A stretch of 64,000 nucleotides of DNA from an uncultured delta proteobacterium (lineage in GTDB: Bacteria; Myxococcota_A; Polyangia; Palsa-1104): assembly GCA_963785725.1 (NCBI GenBank), contig CAWAWS010000033.1:32001-96000 (forward strand), read 5' to 3'. The position numbers and the translations under genes were made by a program. Below are positions 50,822 to 60,609 of this stretch, piece by piece; the stretch's first letter is position 1; every line of letters starts with the position of its first letter. Below the pieces are notes generated by a model. It worked only from the letters and a program-made list of their open reading frames with translations, searched no databases and was not told the origin of the DNA.

Positions 50822-51984
50822 GACTGCGTGGTCCCGAACACGAGCGACGTGAGCGTGGTGTTGATGTGGAAGCCGCAGTAAATCTCGAACTGCACGTTGA
50901 AGCCGACGCTGGGCGGCGCCTGCTTGAACGCCTCCGACAGCTGCGGAATGAACCCGCCCGCGCTCGCCGCCCACATGCGCCCGCCGCAGTGGAACATCAG
51001 CGCCGCCGTCGGGTTGTGCACGCGCCGCCCGATCTCCTCGGTCAAGAACTTGCGCGTCGACTCGACGGGATCGAGCGCGCGCATGATCTCGTACTCGCTG
51101 TGCTCCTCGAGCAAGTTGGCGAACACGATCGAGCCGTCGGGCAGCGGCCAGCCGCCGGCGCGCATGAAGTATTCGCGCCCGACCTTCATCGCCGTCGGCC
51201 GATGCGAGATGCCCTTGGGCATGCCGAACGGCAGCTCTTCGGGCGTGCAGCCGATGAGCTCGGCATAGCGCAGCGCCGCCGGCTTGCCGTCGATCTCGAG
51301 CGCCCGCCGATGCGAGTCGTCGACTTTGGTGATCGTCAGCATCTGCCCCGTCGGCTCGTACCAATGCGAACGCAACGCCGCCCACGGCGCATCGGTGTGA
51401 AACAGCGCCACGAACGCCGCATCGGAGACGACCTCGCCGTCGACGTGAATCTCGGCCGACTGCTTCGACGGATCGCGCTCGCCGTCGCTGGCGCCGCCGC
51501 CGACGAGCACGAGCCCTTGATTGCGATCGAGGATGCCGAGCAGCAGCTCCTCTTTCTTACTTTGGAAGCCGTCATCGACGACGACGCCGACGTGCTTGCG
51601 CGCGCTCAGATCGGCCGGCCGCGTGCCCAGCTCCTCGCAGGCGCGCGTGATGGCCTGCGAGCCGGCGGCGACGGCGTCGCGCGACAACCCACCGCCGAGG
51701 CCGAGGCCGACCTCGAAGTCGCCGCCGAGCGCGCCGAGCACGACCGAGCCCATGTGCAACCCATCGCGATCGATCTCGCCCGCCGTGGTCGAGCCGATGA
51801 GCCGCGTCCCTTTCGGCAAACGTTCGCGCAGCGCCCGGTTGAGCGCCCTCTGATCGCGATCGCGCGACGCGAACAGCGTCACCAGCTTGGGCACGAAACC
51901 GCCGAGCTGGTTCATGAGCTCGTCGGCGATCTGCTTCGGATCTTGCGCCTCGCTGCGGGCGCTCTTGAGCTGGATGCTAGCCAT
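50818..51984 (-). CDS. FIST-domain (NosP-like) signal transduction protein
   Basis: 'LIGSTTAGEI', 'LVGGGASD', 'ITKVD...LEIDGKPAALRY', 'FHCGGR', 'VGFNVQFEI', 'HINTTLTSLVF'. Confidence 0.85.
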   Translation of the reverse strand: MASIQLKSARSEAQDPKQIADELMNQLGGFVPKLVTLFASRDRDQRALNRALRERLPKGTRLIGSTTAGEIDRDGLHMGSVVLGALGGDFEVGLGLGGGLSRDAVAAGSQAITRACEELGTRPADLSARKHVGVVVDDGFQSKKEELLLGILDRNQGLVLVGGGASDGERDPSKQSAEIHVDGEVVSDAAFVALFHTDAPWAALRSHWYEPTGQMLTITKVDDSHRRALEIDGKPAALRYAELIGCTPEELPFGMPKGISHRPTAMKVGREYFMRAGGWPLPDGSIVFANLLEEHSEYEIMRALDPVESTRKFLTEEIGRRVHNPTAALMFHCGGRMWAASAGGFIPQLSEAFKQAPPSVGFNVQFEIYCGFHINTTLTSLVFGTTQS

Positions 51985-52004
51985 GGGCTCGGTCCTTTCT
52001 CGTT

Positions 52005-53808
52005 CTAAAGTCCGCTGCCGGGATGGCTGCGGTGGCAGGAGGTGGTGCACTGGTTGAACGAATCGGTCGGGCCGCCGCCGATGAACACGCTGGTGATGGC
52101 GCCATATTTCTGCACGTGATCGTCGGGATACGACTTGTGGCACGACAAGCAGGCCGACTTCGACGTCCGCAGAATCGACGCGTTGTTCAAGTGGCAGTTG
52201 CTGCACTGAAACGTCGGCTGATCGAAGCGCTGCGAGCGCGAGTGAATGAAGTGCGTGCGCACGTAAATCGGCCCTTCGTACTCGAAGGCCAGCGGCGCGT
52301 GACAGGCGTGGCAGGTGCCGCGGTCGCCGTTGGCGTGCAGAGATCGCCTGGAACGAGCTGTCGCCGGTGTGGCAATTCTGGCAACCACCCGTCGTCAAGG
52401 TCGGCGTCGTCACCGTCTTCGTGCCGACCTGGATGGGTACCGTCCGCGTGTACGGAATGTCCTCGCCCATGAACGTGCGCCGCCCTTTGATCGTCGCGTA
52501 ATAAGTGCCGGACGGCGCGTCGCTGGGCACGTGGAAGAACCAATTGTCGGGGACGGGATTGGCCCACGCCGCGTGCGTCGGGTCGAAGGCGCCGCCGAAC
52601 AGCGCGTTGCCGGTCGGAAACGCGCGCAGCTCGCCGTAGACGCCGTCGACGGCGATGCTGGCCACCGGATCGGTGTCGTTGGGCCCGAGCACCGTCGCCA
52701 CCTGCACCTCCGAGCGAATCGGCTGAATGTCCTGCGCCGGCCCCATGAAGTCGGCGAGCAGCTGCCGCTCACGATGCTTGCGCCGATAGTAGGTCACCGT
52801 CGGATCGAAGAACGCGCGGTAATACTGGATGCCGCTCTTGTCGACGCCGTCGATGACGTCGTTGTACGTCGGCAACGAGCCGACCGGATGCAGCCGATTG
52901 CCCGAGCCGTCGCGCAAGGTCACCTGAAACTGAATCGCCGTGCCCGGCGCGTACGTGCCGTCTTTACGCGGCGCCGTCAGCGCATTCAGATCGATCGAGA
53001 AGCCGTAGTCGAACTGCGGCGTCTTCACTTGCGTCACCGGGATGGTCCAGCTGCCCGGCTTCAAGGTCCAGCTCAGCGTGAACGCCGCCGTGCGCGCATC
53101 GAGCTTGAACGTCTGACACGGCGCCATCGAGTTGCGCAGCTCGATCAGCGCCTCCTCTTGGAAGCTGGTCGCGCCGGTGCAGTCGGTGGGCGAGACACAG
53201 TCGTTGGTCCACTGAATGGCGCGCATGCGGCGCACGAAGAAGTCGTCGCTGGCGCGGCGCGTGTAGTCGTCGCCGGCCGACACCAGCAAGGGCGCGCCGA
53301 TGGCGTGGCCGGCGGCATCGACCTGCTGCAGCGTGAACCAGCTCGGCGCTTCCATCCACGCCGCCTCGCGATAGAAGGCGCGCCGCGTCCACGTTCCGTC
53401 GGCGTTGGGCAGATCCTCCGGCTCGGTGTCGACGTTTTGCACGCCGGCCCAAGGCACGGCCGCGAAGTCGCCCGTCGTCGTCAGCCCGTCGACGCCTTCA
53501 TCGACCGTCGTCTCGATCGCCGCCCGCACGTCGATCTGGTTCAGCCAGAACGTCTGCCCTTGTCGCAGCGTCAACGGAACGCCTACGCCGGTGTCGACTT
53601 CGACGGCGAGCCCGACCGCGCCCGGCGGCGCGCCCGGAATGATCGGCGTCGTCGCCGCTGCCTGCGTGTCGCTGAAGGTCGTGTCGTCGTCGCGCCTGGC
53701 GTCTCCTGTTGCCGCCGCAGTACGATCCGCTGCCGAGCAGCCGATCGAGCACATGGCCGTTAACGCCGCCGCCGCCGCCCCCAAGACTGACGCACGCAGA
53801 TCGAGCAT
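52005..53808 (-). CDS. Multiheme (five heme motifs) cytochrome c lipoprotein; one frameshift near 52340
   Basis: Lipobox 'CSIGC'; CQNCH in the first frame, then CHACH, CSNCH, CLSCH, CTTSCH in ORF 52005..52388. Confidence 0.8.
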
Positions 53809-54089
53809 TCCGTGCACCCCTTAGTCGCGCCGATCGAGCTGAAGAGATCGGGCCGTGTCCACCGTACCAGCGACGTGACGACTACGGGAATGCGACAAAT
53901 TGCCGCACGGAAATCGACGATGTCGGCGCGCTGAGCTCCCCACAGCGCGAATCCGCGACCCTCACCCGATCGCGAGCAACGCCTGCGCGGGCGGCGTCGT
54001 CCTAGATTTCGATGCGCGCGGCCGGGCAGCGACCACCGCGAAGTCGCCAAGATGTCCCACGCGCGTCGCGCTCGGTGTACGCTGCCGGC

Positions 54090-55550
54090 ATGCGTTGGCT
54101 TGGCCTCTCGGTCGCCGTCATGTCCTGGTTACTGTCGTCGCCCGCGTTCGCCGCCGGCGCGCTCACCGTCAACGGTCGCTTCTTCCGCGACGCGACCGGA
54201 GGCACCGTGATCCTGCGCGGCGCCGACGTCGGTGGAAACTCGAAGGTGCCGCCCTTCAAAGCGATCGATCCGGTGTCACAGCTCGATCCTTTGCCGACGT
54301 GGGGAATGAACGTCATTCGCCTGCTTTTCACGTGGGAAGCCTACGAGGGCGTCAAAGGCACCTACGACGACAGCGGCTATCTCGCCTACTATAAAAGCGT
54401 CGTCGAGGCCGCGGGTCAGCGCGGCATCTACGTCGTCGTCGACTTCCACCAAGACGCGTTCTCGCGTTATTCGCTCGAGGGCTGTGGCGAAGGCTTCCCG
54501 CAATGGGCGCTGCCGCCGTCGGTGACACCGGCCACGCCCGACAACGGCGCCGACTGCGCCAACTGGGGCCAGCGGCAGATCGGCGACGCCGACATCAACG
54601 CCAGCTGGGACGCCTTCTACAGCGACGCCAACGGCGTGCGCACGGCCTATTTGGCGATGATCACGCGCGTCGCCACGGCGCTGGCGAGCGAGCCGGCCGT
54701 CATTGGCTACGACCTCCTCAACGAGCCGCTCGGCGACGAGCCGACGCAGATCGGACCGCTCTACACCGACGCCGTCGCCGCCATTCGCACGGCCGATCCC
54801 AACGCCATCGCCTTCGTCTCGCCCAACGGCGTCACCAGCGCCGGCGAAGCGACGAAGCTGCCGCAGCCGACCTTCACCAACTACTGTTACTCGCCGCATT
54901 TCTACGATCCGACGGTCTCGCTCTTGAAATCGTGGGGCGGCAGCGACGAGAGCATCGGCTTCGGCGCCATGATCGGCACGTCCACGGCCTGGGGCGTGCC
55001 GCTCTTCTTGGGCGAGTACGGCTCGCCGCCCGACGTCGACGAGGTGGACGGCTACATGGGCGCGATGGCCACCCAGCTGAACGCGGCTTTGGCTTCAGGT
55101 GCGCAATGGGCCTACACGCCCGGCTGGACGCCGACGGCCAAGGACGGCTGGGACACCGAAGACTTCAGCATCGTCGACAACACCGGCGCCACGCGCGCCA
55201 ACTTCCGGCCGCGGCCGTTCCCGCGTCGCGTCGCCGGCACGCCGCTGACGCTCGACGTCAGCGACGAGATGGACCCCAAGCAAAACGGCCTGCAGCTGTC
55301 GTGGACCAACGATCCCGCCGCCGGCGTCACCGAGCTCTTCGTGCCCGCGGCCTACTTCGGCGGCAGCGTCAGCGTCGACGGCGACGGCGACGTCAAGTGC
55401 AAGCTCGTCGGCGATCTGGCCAGCTGTACGGCCAAGACCGCCGGCACCAAGAACGTGCGCGCCGCGGCCGCGAAAAAGACGCGCTGCGGCTTGACCGGCG
55501 CCGAAGCACTCGCGTTCCTGTTTCTCTTCCGGCGCCGCCGCAGACGCTAG
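54090..55550 (+). CDS. Glycoside hydrolase family 5 (endoglycoceramidase-like) with C-terminal sorting tail
   Basis: Signal peptide, 'WGMNVIRL', 'VVDFHQD', acid/base 'LLNEP', 'PHFY', nucleophile 'LGEYG'; tail 'CGLTGAEALAFLFLFRRRRR'. Confidence 0.85.
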   Translation: MRWLGLSVAVMSWLLSSPAFAAGALTVNGRFFRDATGGTVILRGADVGGNSKVPPFKAIDPVSQLDPLPTWGMNVIRLLFTWEAYEGVKGTYDDSGYLAYYKSVVEAAGQRGIYVVVDFHQDAFSRYSLEGCGEGFPQWALPPSVTPATPDNGADCANWGQRQIGDADINASWDAFYSDANGVRTAYLAMITRVATALASEPAVIGYDLLNEPLGDEPTQIGPLYTDAVAAIRTADPNAIAFVSPNGVTSAGEATKLPQPTFTNYCYSPHFYDPTVSLLKSWGGSDESIGFGAMIGTSTAWGVPLFLGEYGSPPDVDEVDGYMGAMATQLNAALASGAQWAYTPGWTPTAKDGWDTEDFSIVDNTGATRANFRPRPFPRRVAGTPLTLDVSDEMDPKQNGLQLSWTNDPAAGVTELFVPAAYFGGSVSVDGDGDVKCKLVGDLASCTAKTAGTKNVRAAAAKKTRCGLTGAEALAFLFLFRRRRRR

Positions 55551-55644
55551 CGCCGACAGCCGATAGGCGCGAAATGGCCCGCAAAAATGCGGTGCATCAC
55601 ATACGCTCTGCCACACTCTGTCCGAACCCTCGAGGAGGCTGCTT

Positions 55645-56739
55645 ATGAATTGGCGTTTGGCTTTGCGCTCCACGCTCGCATTCGCGATGTTTGCCGCAGT
55701 CGGTTGCGGCGGCTCCAACGGCAGTAAATCGGGCGGCGGCGGCGGCGGAGCGGCCGGCGGCGGCGGCGGCGGAACGGCCGGCGGCGGCGGCGCGGGCGGC
55801 GGCAGCTTGAGCTCGACCGGTCCGTACACGGTGCAGTTCGGCCCCATCACCGTCGCGCCGAACTACGAAGACACGCAGTGCCTCGTCCTGCGCCTCGGCA
55901 ACGCCAACGCCATTCACGTCGGCACGATCCACAACGTGCTCGGCACGTCGTCGCACCACATGATCGTCTACAAGGTGTCGGACACGGTCGAGCAGACGAC
56001 GCCGTTCGACTGCCAGCCATTTACCGAGACGCTCGATCCGACCAAGGGTCAGCCGCTCATGATCACGCAAAAGCACGACGAAGTGCTGACGCTGCCCGAC
56101 GGCGTCGCCTTCAACCTCGACGCGAACCAGATGATCCGCATCGAGATGCACTACATCAACGCGACGACGGCGCCGGTGACGCTGACGTCGACGTCGACGT
56201 TCACCGAGACCACGAACTATCAGTACGAAGCCGGCTTCTTGTTCATGGGCGACATCGACATTTCGCTGCCGCCGCAGGTCGCGACCACGCTCGGCCCGGT
56301 GTTCTCGCAGCTCGACGCGGCTTATGCCGGCGTCAACTTCTTCGCGCTCACCGGCCACGAGCACAAGATGGGCACCAACGTCACCATCAGCACCGCGACC
56401 AGCGCCACCGACCCGAACCCGACGTCGGTCTACAACGTTCCCAATTGGCTGTGGAGCGAGCCGGCGACGGTCTATCAGACGCCGCCGTTCCAGATTCCGG
56501 CGGGCGGCGGCTTCCAGTTCACGTGTAACTGGTTCAACAGCGACCCGGCCGAAACGAACGGCCAGCCGACGCCGCCCATCACGTTCGGCGAGTCGGCCAA
56601 CGACGAGATGTGCTTCTTCTGGGCCTACTACTACCCGAACATCGGCGCCAAGGTCTGCTTGCACTCGAGCCACTTCGGTGACGTGTGCTGCCCCGATTCG
56701 ACCAGCGCCATCTGCACCGCGCTCGCCAGCGGCTCGTAG
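55645..56739 (+). CDS. Copper type II ascorbate-dependent monooxygenase-like lipoprotein (PHM/DBH-like)
   Basis: Lipobox 'AAVGC'; Cu ligands 'SHHMI', 'EMHY', 'HEHKMG', 'DEMCFF'. Confidence 0.8.
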   Translation: MNWRLALRSTLAFAMFAAVGCGGSNGSKSGGGGGGAAGGGGGGTAGGGGAGGGSLSSTGPYTVQFGPITVAPNYEDTQCLVLRLGNANAIHVGTIHNVLGTSSHHMIVYKVSDTVEQTTPFDCQPFTETLDPTKGQPLMITQKHDEVLTLPDGVAFNLDANQMIRIEMHYINATTAPVTLTSTSTFTETTNYQYEAGFLFMGDIDISLPPQVATTLGPVFSQLDAAYAGVNFFALTGHEHKMGTNVTISTATSATDPNPTSVYNVPNWLWSEPATVYQTPPFQIPAGGGFQFTCNWFNSDPAETNGQPTPPITFGESANDEMCFFWAYYYPNIGAKVCLHSSHFGDVCCPDSTSAICTALASGS

Positions 56740-56971
56740 TCTCCCGCTCGTAAGTCAACACCCGTTTACTTCCCGCACACACGAAGCCCCGCAGCGACGG
56801 CGACCGTCGCTGCGGAGGCCTCCGTCAGCGGCCTGCGTTCGCGCCTCCCCACACACCGCCCATCACGTCGATGAAGATGAGGAAACTTCGCATCCACGCA
56901 TAGCTATACAGATGCGCGCGAGGGTCAGCGTGGCGGGTCGAACGAGCGGAGGTGAGGTTGGTCTCGGCGAA

Positions 56972-58480
56972 TCAGCCGGCGATGGTGCTGCACTCGACGG
57001 AGGCGTTGGTGTTCGCCGGCGCCGCCATGCCGTTGCGGTTGATGGCGATGCCGACACCTTCGGGCGAGATGCTGTTGCACAACGCGTTGGGCGCGATCGT
57101 CCAGCACGGGAAGGTGCCGTTCGACGTCGCGCACGCCGGAATCGACGTGATCGTCTGCGTGCCGTCGCTGTTGTCGGTGACGTCCTCGACGATGCACTGC
57201 GGGTTGTTCAAGTCGGTCAGCTTGGCCGGGATGCAGCCGGGGCTGATCTGCGACGAGATGAGCTTGCCGAGCGCCTGCAGCGCCGAGGTGAAGTCGGGCG
57301 CCATGTTCAAGTCGTCGCCGCAGATGCTGCTCGTCTGCTTGAACTTGGCGCTGTTGACGACGGCGTTCAGACGCACCGACGGATCGGCGAAGAAGGCCGG
57401 CGACACGTTGTTCTGGCAGACGTGGTTGAGGCGCTGCACGCAGTTGCTGCCGAGCGCGCCACACGGCACATAAGAAGGATTGGGCGCGACGCCGAGGCCG
57501 GTGCCGCTGGTGACGAGCGCCGTCGAGACCGGCGACTCCGGCCCGTCGATGGCGAAGAGGATGACGTCATCGGCCGTGCTCTTGATGCCGCCGAGCGCGC
57601 TCGGCTGCGAGAACAGGTTCGTGTAGCGCGAGATGTCGTACGCCAGCGTCGGCGGCGCGCCCGGCGACAGATTGGGCGCCGCCGCGCAGTTCGCCAGCGA
57701 CATCGGCATGCCGTACGGAATCGCGTTGCCGCCGCAGTAAACGGCGTACTGCGTCTGCCGGTAGGTGTCGTACGCGCCGTAAGTGCCCACGTCGGCGGTC
57801 GACTCGTAGAACTTCACTTGCGGCGCCGCCGAGCCGTCATCCTCGTTGGTGACGAAGACGACGGCGAGCAGCGCTTGCTGGCGCAAGAAGCCGGCGTTCT
57901 CTTTCGTATTCTTGAGCGCCTGCAACACCGACTCGAGCTGATGCTCGAAGCCGCAACCGCCGGCGCCGACCGACGCCATGCAGGTGAACGTCGGCACGAG
58001 ATCCTGCCCCGCCGGCAAGTTGCTCGTCGGCGTACCGCTCTTGTTGAACGCGTACTGGATATAAGGAGTGTTGCCCGTCGGCACTTGGCAGCTGGCGTCG
58101 GCCGCCGCGCCTTTGGCCTGCAGGATGCCGTTCTGTCCGCCGGGCGACGCTTGGCAGCCGCCGCCCGCCGTGTCACCGGCGCCGTAGTCCGACGTCACGA
58201 CGCCGATGTGCAGATCGGCGTAGGTGCCGGCAGTCGCCAGATCTTGGAAGACCTGAAAGAAGTCGGAGAAGCGCGCCTTGAGCTCGGTCTGCATCGCGTC
58301 CATCGACGGCGAGTTATCGACCATGAACAAGACGTCGATCTGATTCTGCTCGTTCTGCGGCACGCGCACCGGCGTGTCCTGAACGACGGTCGTGGCCGGT
58401 GACTCGACCGGCGGGTTGAGACAGGCCGTCGACAACATCCACACCGAGCCGGCGGCGACCCACCCGAGCAAGCGCAACAT
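56972..58480 (-). CDS. vWA-domain, Cys-rich lipoprotein (myxobacterial type)
   Basis: Lipobox 'LSTAC'; MIDAS-like 'DVLFMVDNSPSM'; 'HIGVVTSD', 'GCGFEHQLES', 'GFLR..ALLAVVFVTNEDD'. Confidence 0.8.
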   Translation of the reverse strand: MLRLLGWVAAGSVWMLSTACLNPPVESPATTVVQDTPVRVPQNEQNQIDVLFMVDNSPSMDAMQTELKARFSDFFQVFQDLATAGTYADLHIGVVTSDYGAGDTAGGGCQASPGGQNGILQAKGAAADASCQVPTGNTPYIQYAFNKSGTPTSNLPAGQDLVPTFTCMASVGAGGCGFEHQLESVLQALKNTKENAGFLRQQALLAVVFVTNEDDGSAAPQVKFYESTADVGTYGAYDTYRQTQYAVYCGGNAIPYGMPMSLANCAAAPNLSPGAPPTLAYDISRYTNLFSQPSALGGIKSTADDVILFAIDGPESPVSTALVTSGTGLGVAPNPSYVPCGALGSNCVQRLNHVCQNNVSPAFFADPSVRLNAVVNSAKFKQTSSICGDDLNMAPDFTSALQALGKLISSQISPGCIPAKLTDLNNPQCIVEDVTDNSDGTQTITSIPACATSNGTFPCWTIAPNALCNSISPEGVGIAINRNGMAAPANTNASVECSTIAG

Positions 58481-58864
58481 CCTGACCACGCGACACCTCC
58501 GGCGATTCGATGTAGCAAACCTGACACCAGCCGAAGTTCCAAGCACGACAAGGACTTCGGCGGATCGATCGACAACCGCGTTGGCCGCAACGTCAACTTG
58601 GTTGGCAGATCGCGGCTGTACCGGGTCGCGCAGATCAACCGAGTACCGCGGTCTCCAGCGCAGACGATCGTGCGCGGTGCGGCGAGGTTCCCCTGTGTCG
58701 TTGCCAACTGCCATGGAGCAATTGGCCCCAGGCGACGCGCACAATCGAGCGCAGTCCCCGAAAACGCACAAAGGCCGCAAGGTTGCGCAATCCTGCGCAC
58801 GAGTGTGCGCTCGGGCGCGAGCGGGCCCAAGCGTTGCTTTGTGTCCGCTTGGCTGAATCCCGTG

Positions 58865-59563
58865 ATGCATCCGATCTGGAAAACGCGCGAACGTCTCGCC
58901 AAGGTCATCGCCCGCGGCGAAGTCCTGCAGACCTCGATGCGCCAAGGTCTGGCGGTCGTCGACGATGCGTCGTTGACGGCGTGGCGCATGAACGCGTCCA
59001 CGGTCATTTCGCAGCTCGTCTCCGAGAAGCACTCCTATCAGCAGCAGTTCGAGCGGCTCGGTCGCGATCGCAAGCTGGGCTCGTTTCGGCTGCTCGAGTG
59101 CACGTTGGGTGTGCTCGTCGGTCTGCGCGACGACTTCGACTCGGGCGCCTTGAGCGATCTGCGCAAGCTGGCGCGCACCGAGATGCTCATCGACTTCCTC
59201 GATCGCGCCGACAATCTGTTCGCGCGCGGCTACTACGGCGCGGCGGTCGTCATCGCCGGCGAGATCCTCGAGTATTACCTCCTGCGCCTCGCCGAGCTGC
59301 ACGGCTGCGACGCCGACGCCGGCAGCGGCATCACCGCGCAGTCGACGGAGCTGTGTAAGGCCGGCGCCTACTCGAGCGCGACCCACGAGCGCGTGCGCGG
59401 CTGGGCCGAAGTCGCCGAGCGCGCGCGCGAAGGCGCGTTGGCGAACAAGAGCGAGGCCGAGGACCTCTTGCGCGGGCTGCCCCGCTTCCTCGACGACAAT
59501 CCAGCACATACCAAGACGCCACGAATCGCAGACGAACGCACGGAAGGGTTGGACGAGCCATGA
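58865..59563 (+). CDS. Hypothetical protein with degenerate HEPN/DUF4145-like C-terminal domain
   Basis: 'AAVVIAGEILEYYLLRLAE..LCKAGAYS...WAEVAERAREG'; the RxxxxH motif is absent. Confidence 0.6.
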   Translation: MHPIWKTRERLAKVIARGEVLQTSMRQGLAVVDDASLTAWRMNASTVISQLVSEKHSYQQQFERLGRDRKLGSFRLLECTLGVLVGLRDDFDSGALSDLRKLARTEMLIDFLDRADNLFARGYYGAAVVIAGEILEYYLLRLAELHGCDADAGSGITAQSTELCKAGAYSSATHERVRGWAEVAERAREGALANKSEAEDLLRGLPRFLDDNPAHTKTPRIADERTEGLDEP

Positions 59564-59862
59564 ACAACCTGCGCTCCTTATCGGTGTACTTTCCGGCCGA
59601 GATGCTCGAAGAGATCGAGCGCGAGGCCAAACGGCTCGACCGTTCGCTGTCGTGGATGGTGCAGCACGCGTGGGCGCTCGCCCACCCGCGCATGACCGCC
59701 TACGCGCCGACGATCGAGCGGCCCAAGCGCGAGCACGCGAGCAACAACGTCGTCGCCGCCGCGCACGAGCCGGATGACGAGATGGGCGACTCCTTGTCGG
59801 CGAAGCCGATGGAGCCGCTGCGCTCGAGCGTCGCCGCCCTGCGCGCGACCTCGGCGACCTAA
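59560..59862 (+). CDS. TIGR04563-like (myxobacterial ribbon-helix-helix) small protein
   Basis: 'SVYFPAEMLEEIEREAKRLDRSLSWMVQHAW'; ATGA overlap with the upstream gene. Confidence 0.8.
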   Translation: MNNLRSLSVYFPAEMLEEIEREAKRLDRSLSWMVQHAWALAHPRMTAYAPTIERPKREHASNNVVAAAHEPDDEMGDSLSAKPMEPLRSSVAALRATSAT

Positions 59863-60007
59863 AGCCGCTCGCGCCGCCGTCTCGCGTCCGCGCGCCTTGT
59901 CCGCGCCGCGGCGCGAACGCTTACGGCCGCGGCGAGATCGGCGCGGTCGATCGCGCCGGCCGCGGCGCATCGGGCCATCGATTGCGACGGCGTCGATGCG
60001 CGAACGC

Positions 60008-60430
60008 TTACGGCGGCGGCGAGATCGGCGCCGCCGGCGGCCGCCACCAGCCGCCGCGCCGCAGCGCTTGCAGCAGCCACTCCTCGGCGTCGAGGCGCTT
60101 GGCGAACGCGCGGAACGGGCACGGCGACGGCGCCAGCCACTGAATCATGCCGACGATGCCGCGCGTCAACGCCGACGGCGCGACCGCCGCCGACGCGGTC
60201 ACCCAGCGGCGAATCTCCTCTTCGCGCGCCAGCGTGTTGTGCGCAATGATCCGTCGCTGCGCCGCGTTGAGGCCGCCGACGCGCACGCCATCGTGCAGCA
60301 CGGCATGCGAGCGACCATAGAACGTCGCCAGCTCCGCCAGCATCTGCACGACGTCCGCATCCTTAGCTTGCCCCATCGGCCAGCTCACAATCACCAGCGG
60401 AAAGCGCGTATCGTCGACCATCGAGGCCAT
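60008..60430 (-). CDS. Hypothetical protein (STAS/SEC14-like)
   Basis: 'DDTRFPLVIV', 'SALTRGIVGMIQWLAPSPCPFRAF...AEEWL'. Confidence 0.65.
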   Translation of the reverse strand: MASMVDDTRFPLVIVSWPMGQAKDADVVQMLAELATFYGRSHAVLHDGVRVGGLNAAQRRIIAHNTLAREEEIRRWVTASAAVAPSALTRGIVGMIQWLAPSPCPFRAFAKRLDAEEWLLQALRRGGWWRPPAAPISPPP

Positions 60431-60609
60431 CCCGGCGCCCATTTTATCGCAGCTCGCCGCTAACGGAAACAGCGAAGCGAACGAAGTAGACGCCCAGCTC
60501 AGAAGCCCACCGCCACAATACCTACGGCCTGTATGTTTCATACGTACGAGCCCCGCTTTGGATTCATTCCATTTCGCAGGGCGTCGTCGTGCTAGTGCCG
60601 CACGCATGT

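Noticed and set aside
50818..53817. 999-aa cytochrome-FIST fusion ORF
   Set aside because: Artefact of a frameshift near 52340; the heme motifs continue in another frame to a stop at 52005, and FIST has its own ATG at 51984
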